Of a stretch of 64,000 nucleotides of DNA, positions 47,200 to 60,535 are shown piece by piece. A model generated the notes under the pieces. That model was not told the DNA's origin. It saw only the letters and a list, made by a program, of their open reading frames with translations, and made no database searches. Each line of letters starts with the position of its first letter. Positions within the stretch are counted from its first letter, which is position 1. The stretch is from Anthoceros angustus (taxonomy: Eukaryota; Plantae; Anthocerotophyta), in NCBI GenBank assembly GCA_010909165.1, contig MU008153.1, forward strand, positions 930,001 to 994,000. Direction: 5' to 3'. The translations under genes were made by a program, and so were the position numbers.

Positions 47200-50100
47200 C
47201 GTGCCATTAGATTCGGATCGAGTCAACTTGATGGGAGGAGGCGGCTCATCAACTTCATTCACCGAGTTTCACCGAGTATTTTCACGGATGGCCGACAAGG
47301 AGAAAGCCACTGGGGGTCTTGAAGGGCGTACCCACTATCATTGGGGACTCACCTTCCATCTTACCTACATTGTGATGCGGCCGGTTTGGATCTAGGCTAT
47401 AAGGTTTTGATAGGTAGGCCTTGGTTGTATGGTCTGCGTGTGTTTTTGATTTTGGTCGTAGTGGCATCACCTTCAAGTCCGATGAGACGGACTGCGATTG
47501 CTTTTGTGTCATGGAGTAAGGCTCCTTGAGAGTCGCAACCCGATGGGTACACCTCGTAGCACGGGGTAAGCTCCTCGCGTGAGCATATCGGGGTCCTCGG
47601 TCAGTCGCGAAATAAAGAGTGATTTGGTGTATGCTGTTTACATATAGAAATAGAGGAGTCGAGGATGAGGCCCATAGAGAAGGAGTAGCCTTTTGGAAGG
47701 GGCAGCTTATGAGAGACTTTTCCGGAAGAGGGATCCGGAACCGATAGCAGCATCGGAGGAACATATGTAGATCCGAGCGGTAGAAGACCTAGAGTTAGAA
47801 CCTAGCAAGGTAGTCAAGATTTCTAAGTACCTAGGCGGATAGAAAAGATGAGTTTCGTAGGGTCCTTAGAGAATATGTCGATGTGTTTGCCTTCAAGATT
47901 CTTGACATGACAGGATCGGAAGGCGGGAATACATCGAATAGATTTGAAGGAGGCGGCACTCTGAGGATCAAGCAATACAATGAATCCCAAGTATTCCATG
48001 GTTGTTAAGGATCACGACCAATACTTGGGTGGGGTGATTTACGGTGCTCACCGTGAGTGGGTCGCCCCATCGTGATTGTACCAAAGAAGCGCAGGAAAGG
48101 TCGGTGTGTCAAGATTTCGGGAAACTGAAGCAACGAAGAAGGATCATCACCCCTTGCCTTTCATGGACGATGTGTTGGACACGATGGCATGAGATGTGAT
48201 TCTTGGATGGTACAATCAATCATTGCGGAAGGAGGATCAGACAAGACAACGTTCACACGGATTGGGGAACTTGCCTATTCAAGCTCCTTCGGTTGTGCAA
48301 TGCCCCGCCACTTTCCGGTGGTGAGCGCGATATTCCGAGATTTTACGGAAGTTCATGGAGGTATTCTGGATGATTTCTGTGTATTTGGGAGAAGGAACTT
48401 GCATTTAGACCATTTGAGGCAATGCTTTCAGAGAAGTCGAACATGAAACTTCATCCGAAAGTGTTATTTTGGCATGACGGAGGGCATTCTATTAGCACAT
48501 CGAGTTTCACGAGGATTGCGGGTAGATAAAGAGAAGGTAGCGATGATAGTCGAGATGGACGCACCTACGGTGAGGCGGTGCGAGCTTTTGTAGCTAGTGG
48601 GGTATTACAGGAGGTTCATCAAGGATTTCGCCAAGAAGGCGGCCTTGTTGACACAATTAACCAAAAGGATACACCCTTGAATGGAGACGCCGGCGAGGCT
48701 TTTTGAAGGACGTTGGGCGCCAACTTTACAACCGGATTGGGGAAGCCTTTGTATACGTGGATGTGTCCGCCTATGCTATTGGGACCGTCTTAAGTCGGAA
48801 GATGAGAAGAAAGCGGATCATCCGATTTTCTATGCGGGTAGACAACTCACGGATCGAAAAGAACTACTCAACCACGGAGCGGGAGGGTCTTGGTATCATT
48901 TACTCGTAAGAAGTTTAGACACTATCGCTTGCTTGCAAGGTTACGTTCATGTCGACCATTTTGCGTTGAAGTATCTTGTCAACGGTTGTCGGGAAGGATC
49001 GCCGGATGGGTATTACCTGCAAGAGTTTGTTCGACGTAGAAACCGCCGAAGCAACATCGAATCATTTCATTTCTCGAAGGCGGAGGCGACTTGAAGCCAC
49101 GGATGATCGATTTCACGAGGAGTTGGTTACCATGACCCAAGTCGAAGGGAAGGAGGTGAGCATGTTGTCGACGGCCTAAGAATTGATGCAAAAGTCTTGT
49201 TGCCGGAGAGGCCAAATGAGCAAGAAGGAGGCGTTGTGCTGACAATCAAATCAGGAGAGGATAGAGGGCGCCGCATGGCGAGGAGGAGGCTGGAATGCTC
49301 CTCAAGGGTGAGCAGTCAGGGGGCTGCAAGTGGAGGCCACACGTTGGCAAAGGGAAGCAAAGCGGACATGAGCTTTTGAGCGAGGAAGCTTGGCGAGGTC
49401 AGCCGGGCGCCATGGAGAGAGGAGAAGCCCCAGGGAGGTGGGTGAGGGCGAGAAGGAGCTTCATGACAAGAAGTGCGGAAGGAGTTGGCGGGCCCTCAAA
49501 ATCATGGAGGTGCAACAAGTCGAGGAGGTCGCCATGGGAGCAGATGGACCCAGGGTTGGGGCGAGCGAAATCAACACATTAATGAAGGAAGAACATGCGA
49601 GACTACAGTTGAGGCGTGCGGATGGGCGGCGGAGGCGTGGGCGTGGATGGATACACGCCATGGAGCCACTAACGAACGTCCTAGGAGGAGGCGTGGTACA
49701 CACGGAAGGAGAAGATTAGACCGAGGCGTTCATGCAGGTATTTGTTGGTGAATCGTAAATTCGGAGCATGGAATCATGCGGATGGGTTGTCAAGGAAGGC
49801 GGTCTTTCTCCATAAAGCCGCACCCTCGCGCTAGGAAGGTGTCCACAACTTGGGCGGACGAAAAGATCCCGGTGTCTCGAAGCTAAGGAGGCACTCGTCA
49901 CGGAGGCGTTACATGCGAGAAGAGGCGGTGGACACTATTCGGTCGGTGACCGTTAAGAAGATTTTGAATGCGGGTTTGGTGGGCTCGATGCAAAAGGATG
50001 TGTGGGAGTTCACCGAGGTGTGATGCGTGTCGGAGGTTGGGCGGCCTCGTTGTCGACACAATGGCCTCTTACCTACATCCGCCGCCAGCACCTTCGAGAA

Positions 50101-50920
50101 GTGGGGATCGATTTCGTGGGGACCGATCAAACCACCAACGCAATGGAGGAAGCGGTACATTTTGGTGGCTACGGATTATTACAAAGATGGTGGAAGGCGA
50201 AGCAACAAGGAAGGACGACGCACTGCGGTGGTTTCTATTCGAGAACATCATAACGGTATGGATGTCCTTTAGAGTTGGTCGGACGGGGACACATTTCCTC
50301 AACTCGGTCGTTGAACTAACCACCTACTTCAACATTCGGCATCGAAAGGCGACCCCCCAAAGCGAATGGATTAACGGAGAAGACGAATGGGTTGCTCTGC
50401 ACAATCCTCACCAAGGTGGACACACATGTATGATTGGGATGCTAAGTTGCATTTGACGTGGGCCTGACCGCGGAAAAAGGTAACCACCAAAAGACCCCAT
50501 TATCTAACGTATGGCATGTCACCTGTGATGCCGTGGAATTTGAAGTACCCACCTCTGAGATCATGGAGGACGAGCGCATGATAGAGGATAGCCGGTAGAC
50601 TAGAATCATTCATAGAGCGGGAAGAGTAGGGAGGATGCTTTAGAAGAAACCGCATGATTCGGGAACTCGAAAAGATCGGCATGATGGGAGGTTGAGGAAG
50701 CAAGAGGCTATCGTGGACGGGATTTGGTTCTTCTATATGATAGTCGGTACCTAGACTTTCCAGGAAGCTCTAAGATGGATGGGACCTTACGAGGTGGTCG
50801 CAGATACGAGAATGGATCCGTAACTCTCCGGGTCTTGGGCGGTGAATGCGAGTGAGGGTGGAAGATTCCTTGACCCGAGTACTGTTGTTTGCGAGGACGC
50901 AAGCAGTGAGGTGGGGAGTA
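47200..50920 (+). mobile_element. Heavily frameshifted gypsy pol (protease end, RT, RNase H, integrase) and PPT
   Basis: YKVLIGRPWLYG, ILDDFCVFG, VYVDVSAYAIGTVL, EKNYSTTEREGLGIIY, FEKWG/IDFVG/GPIKP, GPY motif near 50780; PPT gaggtggggag at 50908-50918. Confidence 0.88.
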
Positions 50921-53900
50921 TGTGGAGCATAAAAGTTTGGGCAACCAGCCCAAAGACGAACAAGTTTGATTTTTTTGGCTAGACGATTGAAGAGGAGCAT
51001 GCAGAAAATTTTTAGAATCTTGAAAAGGAGTTGTAGGATATTGTTAGGAAGGCAAGAGGATATCCCGGGAAGAAGAAAGGTCAAAACCCCGAGGCGGGAG
51101 GGCGGTCAGAAGGTTGGTAGGACTACGCGTGCGCCACACCACCCGGGTGAAGAAGCGGACTACATGGTGGTGGCGGACTACGTAGGTGACAATCTCGGCT
51201 AAAAGGAAATTAGAATAAAGGGGATATCCACTATATATGCTCACAATAGGGGTAAATATAATTAGAGTGATTAATTAGCGGATAGGAAAATAGGTAATTT
51301 AGTTAGGATTTTGGAATGATGAACCAATCTAGGGTTGTGGCCCGTGTGGCATCCAAAGAGGCAAAGTGCGTTTGGGGGCACAACTCACTTCGGGGGTGGA
51401 GCGTAAGCGGAGGAAGGAGGAGGAAGGAGCGCCGCCATCAGCAGGCCGCGCGAGATCGCGAAGAGGAAGGAAGCCAGCGTGGCGGAGAGGAGGAAAAGAA
51501 GAGGCGAGCTCGGGCTCGGGCCAGAGGAAGGAGGAAGAGGTGGAGCGGGCAGGAAGGAGCAGCCAGAGCGTGAAGGTGGGAAGTGAAGCGGAAGGATGAC
51601 CGGCTGCCTCGGAGAGAAATCGGGAGGGTGGCGGCAAGAGGTTCGCCGGGGCTAACGTGCCTCGGGTGAAGTTGTTGCTACTACAAGGAAGGAGTGTTTG
51701 GAGTGAAGCTTGAGCTCAAATTGGAGTAATTCCTTCCTTCTTGGAGTAAGGAAGGTGCCACCATGCCTCTGGAAAGGCAAGGGAAGGAGGAGCCAGGCTC
51801 TTCCTCGCGAGGAAAGGAAAGAAGGCGGGAGCTGCTGCGCCGGAGGAGAGGTGATGCCCCAATTCACTTGCTTTGCGGGCAACTCAAGATTTGGTGATTT
51901 TCGGTGGGCGGAGGAAACATCCATTGGGATGGGTGTATGGCGCCAATGGGCCTACACCAATTTGGAATTGATTGAGGAGTGTTACATCAACCTCCATCAA
52001 TCGGCTGCCGCACTCTGGGAAGGAATGCTCGAGGATCCCTGGGTGTAGTATTCGACAGTGTATGGAAGACCGAGGAGGAGAGCTCGAATTGCTCTCCTCG
52101 AAAGGTCGAATGGAGGAAGAGGACCCTCTCTCGACATCCCGCAGGAGTTCCTTGACATGATGGATGGAGGAGTGAAGGCCCACGCCAAGAATGGGCTGGA
52201 AGACCGAGAGCATCAAGGAGGTCAAGTGGAGGCTCTTCAAAGATTGTGCTGGGGTTGGTAAATTACGCACTCTTATTTCAGCACCAACTTCCTCCAATTT
52301 TGTGGAAGATTTCCATGGGAGCCAAGCGGATTGGGGACTATCATGTATGACATACACCATCGAGAGAAGCTCCTCAAGCCAAATTCGGTGGATGAGGAAG
52401 GGACCAAGGCCATGCTACCTTAGCACCTATTTGGTGCATTTATGGGAAACCGGGACTCCTCACAAGCAAGGAGCTTGAAGATGCATGGCATCCCTTTGAG
52501 GTCATCCATCTCCACCGAGGTTGGAAAGGCCTTTGCCTTTGCATTGCGAAGACGGTGGGAGGTCGACCTCCACAAAATGCTAGAAGCAAGAGGAGAAGGT
52601 TCGGAGGCAACAAAGTTGCGGAGTGGGAATCCCCACAGGAGCAAGCAAGGGAAGAAGAGCAAGAAGCGGCCGAAGGCCGAATGGTGGTCTATGAGAGAAG
52701 GACCACGGGAGGGTGGCCCAGAGGGTGGGGAGTCCCCACCATCTCCTTTGTGCCTACGAGAGGCACCCGACTACCCGGTGAGGCGGTCTACCCAAGGGGT
52801 GGGCAGCCTACGTGGCGGTCACCATGGTAGGTAGGCGGACTACCGTGAGGGGCACCCGCAGTGGCGGGCACCTCGCCGCCAGCAACGGTGGCGGGGAAGG
52901 GAAGGAAGCGGCGAGGTGCAGCGGCCGCCACCATCTCCCGCGTGGGTGGGCGGATGGAGCGGCAGTGAAGGGACCAGCGCCCGCGATGGCCCGAGTGCGG
53001 GAGCTGGAGATTTCCAGAAGAAGGAGGGTGGAATTAGGACCCCTAGGAGAATTCTGGTGCTTGTGAAGCACTCGTGTGGATTTGAAGGCTAGAGGCTAGC
53101 AGCTCCTTGTGGGCATGCCAAGAGAAGTGAAATCTCAAGACATGGCCGGAGGAAGGCAGGACTAAGTGGCAATTGGAGGCCATGGAGTCCGATGAAAAGG
53201 CAGCCAAGTTGGAAAAGGCGTGAGAAGCTCCAAGCGACCTCATGGATGCGCGCGGAGAAACTGGAGGGAAGTTGTTGGTCAAAGAAGAGAGCCATTCGGC
53301 AACCAAAAGGACTCATGGAGCAAAGGCGGAGGAGCATTTTGCCCAATTAGAGCAAGAGGAAAGCAGGGCACTAGGAAAGGAGGAGCAATGGTGGCCGCAC
53401 AGGCAGTGATGGCTACTCAAGCTATCAAAATCCGGACATATGGGAAGAGTTGAGAAGGACCCTTACAATTTGGAAGGCCGGAGAAGTTCACCCGGTGGGC
53501 CGAGAAAGCAAGCGGAGAAAGAGGGGCTTGCTCCAATTAGACTTGGAAGGAGGTCTCGGGAGGAGCGCCACAAGAAGGTGGTGCATAGAATCTTGGTAGT
53601 GAAGCGATTTTGGGACTATGCCCTTGAGGCAAAATTGGCCAGCCCGGTAAAGGGAGGGAGGAGAATGTGACCCTCCATGTCAAGGTGGGAGAATTGACCA
53701 CCTCAAGATGCCTACAAGGTAGGTAGTGCGAGGATGGAGTGGCCACGGAGATTGATGATCTCCAAATGCAATATCATAGCTTGGGGCTCACCTCCTAGAA
53801 TCTTGAAGGCCAACAATGAGAGTCTTACGTTGGCCAAAGGAGGACATTGGGTCCTCATGATGATGACAGAAGGGGCTGCAAGTGCGCGAGGCCTCCGATT

Positions 53901-55780
53901 TTGATGAGGCCATCGTGAAATGGACTCAGGAATGAGGAGTCGAGGGAAGGAGCCGACACGGGATTGGGGAGGCGCGGAGGAGGAGCCTCACGGTCCTACC
54001 GGTGGGTGACCACCTACCCAGTAGTGCCGGACTACTGGTGGGGACCACCTCGCCGGTAGTGCGGACTAGGGGTGGCAGTGCCGCGGCAGCTGTTGGGGAG
54101 TTGGGCGCGAGGCCGAGATGGGAGCCGGGGTGTGTATACCCCTAGAGGAGGTGGGTGGTGGAGAGACAACCCACCGGAGGACGGTCCGACCCGTCGAGGA
54201 GGAAGGTGAGGAAGTTCCCCTATCCACGAGTAAGGGAGGAAGGACCCGAGGAGGTCCAAGAGGCCGGAGAGATTAGGGATCGCATGGTGGGCGATGGGGA
54301 TGAAGTGCTCTATGATAGGTATGGACAAATCAAAGGCAAAAGGATGAAGATCACCCAAGAAACCCTCACGGAGGAAGCGAAGAAGGAAGTAGGAGCTCAG
54401 ACTACCATGGTGGGTAGTCACCTACCCGATAGTCTGCCGGACCGCGGTAGGGTCGAATAAACGGCGCGACCGGGCGGAGATGGAGAAGGCGCCTAGGTGC
54501 GGGAGGCGGGCGGAGGCCGAGGAATGCGCCCGCGAGATGGAGGAAGGGGCAGATGTACTTGCCCACACATTAGAAGCGACAAACGGGAAGGGCAAGAGCA
54601 AAGGAGGCGAGGAGCCAATCCACCGGACACGTCACCCAGTGAGGTGAAGACTAGATATGGTCAATGACCATAAATGCTAGGTAGAAGAATAGGAAGGACG
54701 GTGATGTAATCGACATCCTTCAAGGATGGTCTTAGGTGAAGTTACTAGAATAGAATTTACCAAAGGACAATAGACTTAGGTGCGGACATTAAATCTTTGG
54801 TAGGAAATAATAGAATATTGGAAAAGGTGACTGCGGTAGGGTCACCTAAGGGAGGTTGTATGTGGAAGGCCTCCTATAAGAGGAGGATTTCACAAAGTAA
54901 AGTATCATGTCTTGCGCGCTCATCGAGTCCTTTGCCATTCTGAGGAATTTCGTGCTGAGCCAACACAGTCTGGTAGAGAGGAAGTCGCGGTGGTGAGTGG
55001 TGGTGGAGGACTTGCTCGCAAGTGCCTAAACGAGTTGCTCCCCTTGTGAATGGTTCTTTGTGAAATTGCTTTGCTTTGGGTGTGTGGCAAATGCCGAGAA
55101 CTCTCGGCTTGAGGGTAGACTAGGAAAGACTCCTGGAGGTTCTCGTCGTGTCAAACTCATAGCCGCCCAAGGAAGAACTTGGTGGAGGCGGGAGGCGGTT
55201 GTCGTAAGGGCGAGTCGAAACCAAGAAGCCCGAGGAGGTTAGAATAGGAGAGGATGAGGAGATGAGAAGATGAGTAGAGGATTAGAGGTGTAGGTGTTAG
55301 TGGAAGGCCACAGGCGAGCCTAAGGGACGAATCCCAAATCTGCAAAAGAGCGCTCCACAGGTGGAGAAGTGGTCTTAGAAGTAGGGACGAATCAAGTGTG
55401 GTGGGGGTCCTGGGCGTGGTAGGCTCCTCTGAGGCGGGACCGCAATTGTGTTGTGTCGTTGTAGGTCAAGTTTGGTCTTAAGTAGGGACGAAATCGCGTG
55501 TGAATGGGGTCCAGGCGCCGTGGTAGGCTCCTTGGCGAGGGACCCGCAATTGTTTTGTGTCGTTGTGGGTCGGGGTTGGCGATTTTGAGCGTGCAAGTGG
55601 TGCAGTGCTGAGAGGAGAGTAGAGGCGCCTTGCTTGTTTGAGGAGAAGTGTCACGCGGTGGATCGGGCATCACAAGACCTCGAACTTTCACACAAGTCTC
55701 ATGGGGAAACCCAACGTCTGGGCGACAGGATAAGTGTGGCCGCTATAGTGGGAGGACCGGAGTGCCCTCTCCCTACCACA
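50921..55780 (+). mobile_element. Complete ~4.86-kb LTR (copy 2) of the Athila-like element
   Basis: TGTGG...CCACA termini; PPT immediately before; PBS tggcgcctgtcgggac (55785-55800) immediately after, resembling the tRNA-Asp PBS of Athila. Confidence 0.88.
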
Positions 55781-55784
55781 TTTT

Positions 55785-58130
55785 TGGCGCCTGTCGGGAC
55801 TTGTTGTTGAAAGGTTGAAGTTTTGTGGTTTCCATCGCTAGGTGAGAATGCTTTTCAAAGGGACCGAGTCGACCATGTGGGTGAGAGAGCATTTCACGCC
55901 CTAAGTGTCATAGGGGTGAATGGTTGAGACACTAAGGGGTGTGATTTGCTTCCTCTTAACACACTGGGTTGGAGGACATGAGGATGGTTGCGGATGTCGG
56001 GTCGATCTCAGGGGAGATACACGGAAGGTCACCCACATCACCGCAAGAGATTTACGAGCCTTACGAAGAAATCAGCTAAGGGAAGAGACCGCCGCTGTCG
56101 CCACTCGAGGACAGCGGGAGGAAGTGGAGACACGAGCGGACGTGGAGGAAGTCGCCATGACCCCGGAAGGCGACGGAGGTGCGGAACGACAGACGGAGGA
56201 ATTGGAGGAAGAAGAGGCGGAGATCACCGACAGCGAGAGGAAGGAGGTCGTAGAAGAGAAATTGGTGTCCAGTGACGAGGAAGGAGCGCGCTCCTCCGAG
56301 CACGAGTTGCCTTCCCGCCGCGAACGCCGGCGTTTTGCTTCTCAAAGCGGTGACACCACCTTCCATCGGGTGACAGCGGGGTCGTGATGGGAGTTTCAGC
56401 TTGGTCGGAGGATTTGGCGGACGACTCGATCGAATCTGGTCGATTGATCTTTGGGACGGACTAGAGGGAGGTCGCTACTCCCTTCGTAGAAGATTTCGTG
56501 CTCAAGGATCCCGATTTGTTTCCCGTTACCCGAGAGGAGTGTTGGTCCGTGGACACTCGACGAGCAACATGAGTGGAGTTGGTGGAGGAGGAGGACCGCC
56601 CAACTTCATAGTCGCCATACGTCAAATTCGGAGAAGAAGAAGGGAGATGATGCGGGCGTTTGGAACTTTCGAGCACGTCTCCCCATGCTAATTTAGAGGA
56701 TGGAGTCGCCGACTCGCATCTTCCGGGGCTGAGAGGGCATGCATGGTATGGTCGCATATAATTCGGTGCGACGGATTGGGAAGCTCTTAAGGCCTTCTTG
56801 AATCGGTTCGAGGGCTCGATTCACACACCACACCTTGGCAAAGTTGAGAACCCTCCGAAGGAAGAAAGCGAGAGTCGTTGTTCGATTATGTGGAGAGGTT
56901 TTATGGATATCGGATCGGGTTCAAATGTGCACCCGAGAGGCCGAGATCCACCACCTCAGGTACTCACAAGAACAAGCGTTGGATTGGTTTGTGAGTGGCT
57001 TGTCACGAAAATGGAGGTACACTGCGCGGACGAAGACGTTGGCGGGGCCTCCGCTTAGAGGAATGGGAGTCCGCCGAGTTGGGGAGGAGGAAGAAGAGGC
57101 GAGTCATAAGAAGAGGAAAGGATCGAGGAGATCTAGCTCCTCGTCTTCCTCTACCTCCTCCAGCTCGTCGCCTCTTCCTCATCGAAGTGAGGACGAACTC
57201 GAAAGCTCCACATCGGATGAGGAATCGGAGAAGGCCTACGAACGAATGAGGAAGGACTGGAGAAGGTCAAAAAAGCGACAAGAGGAGGCGGAACGCGCAT
57301 TGGAGAAGGAGAGGGAAGACGGTCCGTCGGATGGAGAAGGAGAGAAACGTCTGCAGGGAGGAGGATTCTTTGGACAAGTGGAGGCTTTGACCAAGATTGA
57401 CCGAGTTGGAGGTCAAGGCGTGAAGAATCAAGCTCCACGAAGATCTCCTTCGCCCGGGCTTGGTGTATTGCTCGATGTCATCAAGCGGACACACCAACCG
57501 AGAATGTATTCGCACCGACGCGTAAATCATGTGGAAACCGTTATGCCGGAGATTATTGGTGCGTGGACGGGCGTACAAGCGTCAGCGGTCACCACCTCAA
57601 TCAATGAGAGCGACTTACAACGCACCGGTCCCTCAAGGTATGGCGTCCACATCGCCGACAATGGAGACCGGATCCATCCGCGGCCGATGGCAATTCCACG
57701 GTGTTGTTACGAGCCCAGGACACTACTCAACGAATGCCCGTAACCACGGAAGCAAGTAGGTTATGTACCCTTTTGCCAGGTATGTAAGGAATTGGGACAT
57801 AAAATGGGGACCCGGATGCTCGGGGTGGCGAGTGACACCAGCCGAGTCGGAGTTCAGCTGCGGCGGAAGAGGCGACCCAACACTGAAACCGCAATTACCG
57901 TGACCACAACACCGGTGTTGAAGGTGGAAGCGGAGTATGATTCCCTCGAAGGATTCAGTGTGACGTCAGGTATCGTGGAGGAAGGATGAGGGAGAAATAA
58001 GCGCGGATGAAAGGTTGATGGTGGCCAGGGTAACCACCAGATCGGGCCGTCGCGAGAAAGGACGGACTACGGAAAAACGGCGGGCGCATGAGGAAAGGAA
58101 ACGGAGGAAGGTGAGGGATGACTCACCGTG
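55785..58130 (+). mobile_element. PBS and degenerate gag of a second, tandem internal region
   Basis: WFVSGL, two eroded zinc knuckles (~57700 and CQVCKELGH at ~57774) and the VTTRSG linker motif at ~58030. Confidence 0.75.
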
Positions 58131-58139
58131 GTCTCAGGA

Positions 58140-59275
58140 GCACTTCAGTGTAAGAAGAGCAGAACAAGGTGGGTAGATGCGTGATGAGATCAAGGGATAC
58201 CGGTTGTAAGATCTTACAAGGAAAGAGATTATTTTTAGCAAGGACGTTGTATTTAATGAGGTTGCGGAACCTGACAAAGGAGTGGGAACTCCAACCCTAG
58301 TGGTTTTCATAAAGGATCCAGCGACGTATGCATAAAACCCTAACGAGGATTCTCAGTATGATGAGACTCTTGAGCAACCTGCTCGTGAGCTCAGAGAACG
58401 TTAACCCTCTCAACAACACGACATAGAGGAGGGAGAAAGGGAAATTCCCAATGTCGCATTTGAAGAAGAACATCAAAGAATTATTGCAGTTGAAGAAGAA
58501 GAGGAAGATCGAAGTATTCTAGAGACACAACCAATCTTAAGGAGTTCAATAAGATAATGGAAACCTTCACAAAAGATCTTGGAATCCATGAATGCATGTG
58601 TGTATGAGGAGGCATGGTTGGCAGATGCCGGCAAACCACAAATCATGAGGAAAGCGTTAAAAGGACTAAAGGAGAAGAAGAAGGTAGAGAAGACTCTCTA
58701 CCAATGCACCATGGGTTGTCTTAAGTATTTGACGACAAGGACAAAGCCCGATTTTGTAGAGGCAGTGAGAGTTGGGAGTCAATTCTTGGCCAACCCTGGA
58801 CAACAGCATTATCAAGCAGTCAAGAGGATATTTAGGTACTTGCACAGTACATAGCATTGGAAGTTGAGATACCAAAAGGAGTGATAATAAGAAGCCCAGG
58901 TGGTTGGATTTTGTGATTCAGATTGGGTTGGAGATGTCGATGGCCGCAAGTCTACCACATGATACATGTTTATACTATTTGGGGGAGCCATTTCATGGAG
59001 TAGTAGGCGTCAATCTACTGTGGCTCTGTCCTCTACAAAAACACAATACATGGCTATGGAACAATGGAAGCAATATGGCTACGAAGACTGCTTGAAGAAA
59101 TGGGATTTAAGCAGAAGGGTCCAACAACCATCTTCAATGACAATCAAGGTTGTATTTTCTTAGCCAAGAATACTACTTTTCATACTGGCATCAAAACACA
59201 TTGAAGTCAAGCATCACTTCATCAGAGAGAAAGTTCAATCAAAGATATGGAGCTAGCATATTATCCCACATAGAA
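58140..59275 (+). mobile_element. Degenerate Ty1/copia remnant (integrase end, RT end, RNase H)
   Basis: GYRL*D..IIFSKDVVFNE, AVKRIFRYL, GFCDSDWVGDVDGRKST, GGAISWSSRRQSTVALSS, KHIEVKHHFIREKV. Confidence 0.88.
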
Positions 59276-59285
59276 CATGCATGTG

Positions 59286-60136
59286 CAATCCACCCCCCCT
59301 AATTGGGACTGGTTCGGAGTGACTTTAGAGGTCCCATTAAGGGAGGTGTCATGATTATATTTTTCCTGTTTAATAAATAAAAATATTATAAGCTTAAAAA
59401 ATAAAAAACCTAAAAAAGAAAATTTAAATTTTGATTGATAGGTTTCACTAAAAATAACTTTTACCACTTCTCTATATAGTTGTTTGAAAGCTAGAACTCT
59501 CTCTAAGCAACATAAAAAAACCTCTAGTGGAACTCCTACGCAGCTATCCCCGCAAGTAGGGAAGTCTGTGCAAAAAGAGCAACTTGATGCTGAGCGTAGT
59601 TATCCTAACTACAGTATGGAAGAAGGCAGACGAAGAAGTTTGGCAGTGATTGTGAATATAGAAGAGAACAGATCCTCCAGATCTGTAGACAGAGGGCGAC
59701 TTGAAGCTCTTTTCAGCATGTTGCACTTTGATATTGATATCTTAGTGGACAGTTCTGACAGACAGAGGGCGACTTGAAGCTCTTTTCAGCATGTTGCACT
59801 TTGATATTGATATCTTAGTGGACAGTTCTGACAGTGTCAAAGCTCATATTAGCTATCATAAAGGAAAAATTTTAGCTTAAGAGTCTTCAATCACACCTAA
59901 AAGTCTATTGTGCTCTGAAATAATCGATTTTTTTTGGTATTTTTAATTTTTAGTAAAAAAATAGAAACCCCATTTAGGGAGGTGAAACTAACATGAATGT
60001 ATGTTTCAAAAGGTCCCAATTACCATTTAGGGAAAAGTCCCATTTGTTACATTGTAAACTAAAGGGAGTAAGATGGGAGGTCCCATTTAGAGAGGAATCC
60101 CATTTAAAGAGTTCCCAATTAGGGGGGGGCCGACTA
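59286..60136. mobile_element. Non-autonomous pogo-type TIR element carrying a captured coding fragment
   Basis: Ends CAATCCACCCCCCCTAATTGGGA and TTCCCAATTAGGGGGGGGCCGACTA(TA) plus subterminal cccatttag motifs resemble the 25320-26650 element; no transposase; perfect 73-bp tandem duplication at 59688-59833. Confidence 0.8.
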
Positions 60137-60535
60137 TAGATATTTTGACTAAAGGGTTGACTTTAGAGAAATATATGTATTAAGCAAGATGCTAGAAAGA
60201 GTAGGGCTATATATGTATGCATAGCATTCATAGCTACGAGAGTATGTCAAGGCCAAGGGCTATATCTGTATGCATAGCATACCATTTTTAATGTCCAAAT
60301 TAATGTTTTCTAACAGTTTTGACCAAGGCGAGTTTCAGCCATAGATTTGGCGCTAGCAAGCAAATTGGGAAACAACACCGACTCGAATTTTTCTTAAATA
60401 AGTCAGGACTGGGTCTAATAGAGGAGTTTGATGCGGCGACGGGGAGTGGAACTATGGTTGCTGTCCGTGAAGAGGATGCCACAGATTGGTGCTGCCATGA
60501 CGTGGGATCGGAGCGCTAAGGGTTTGGCTGCAACC

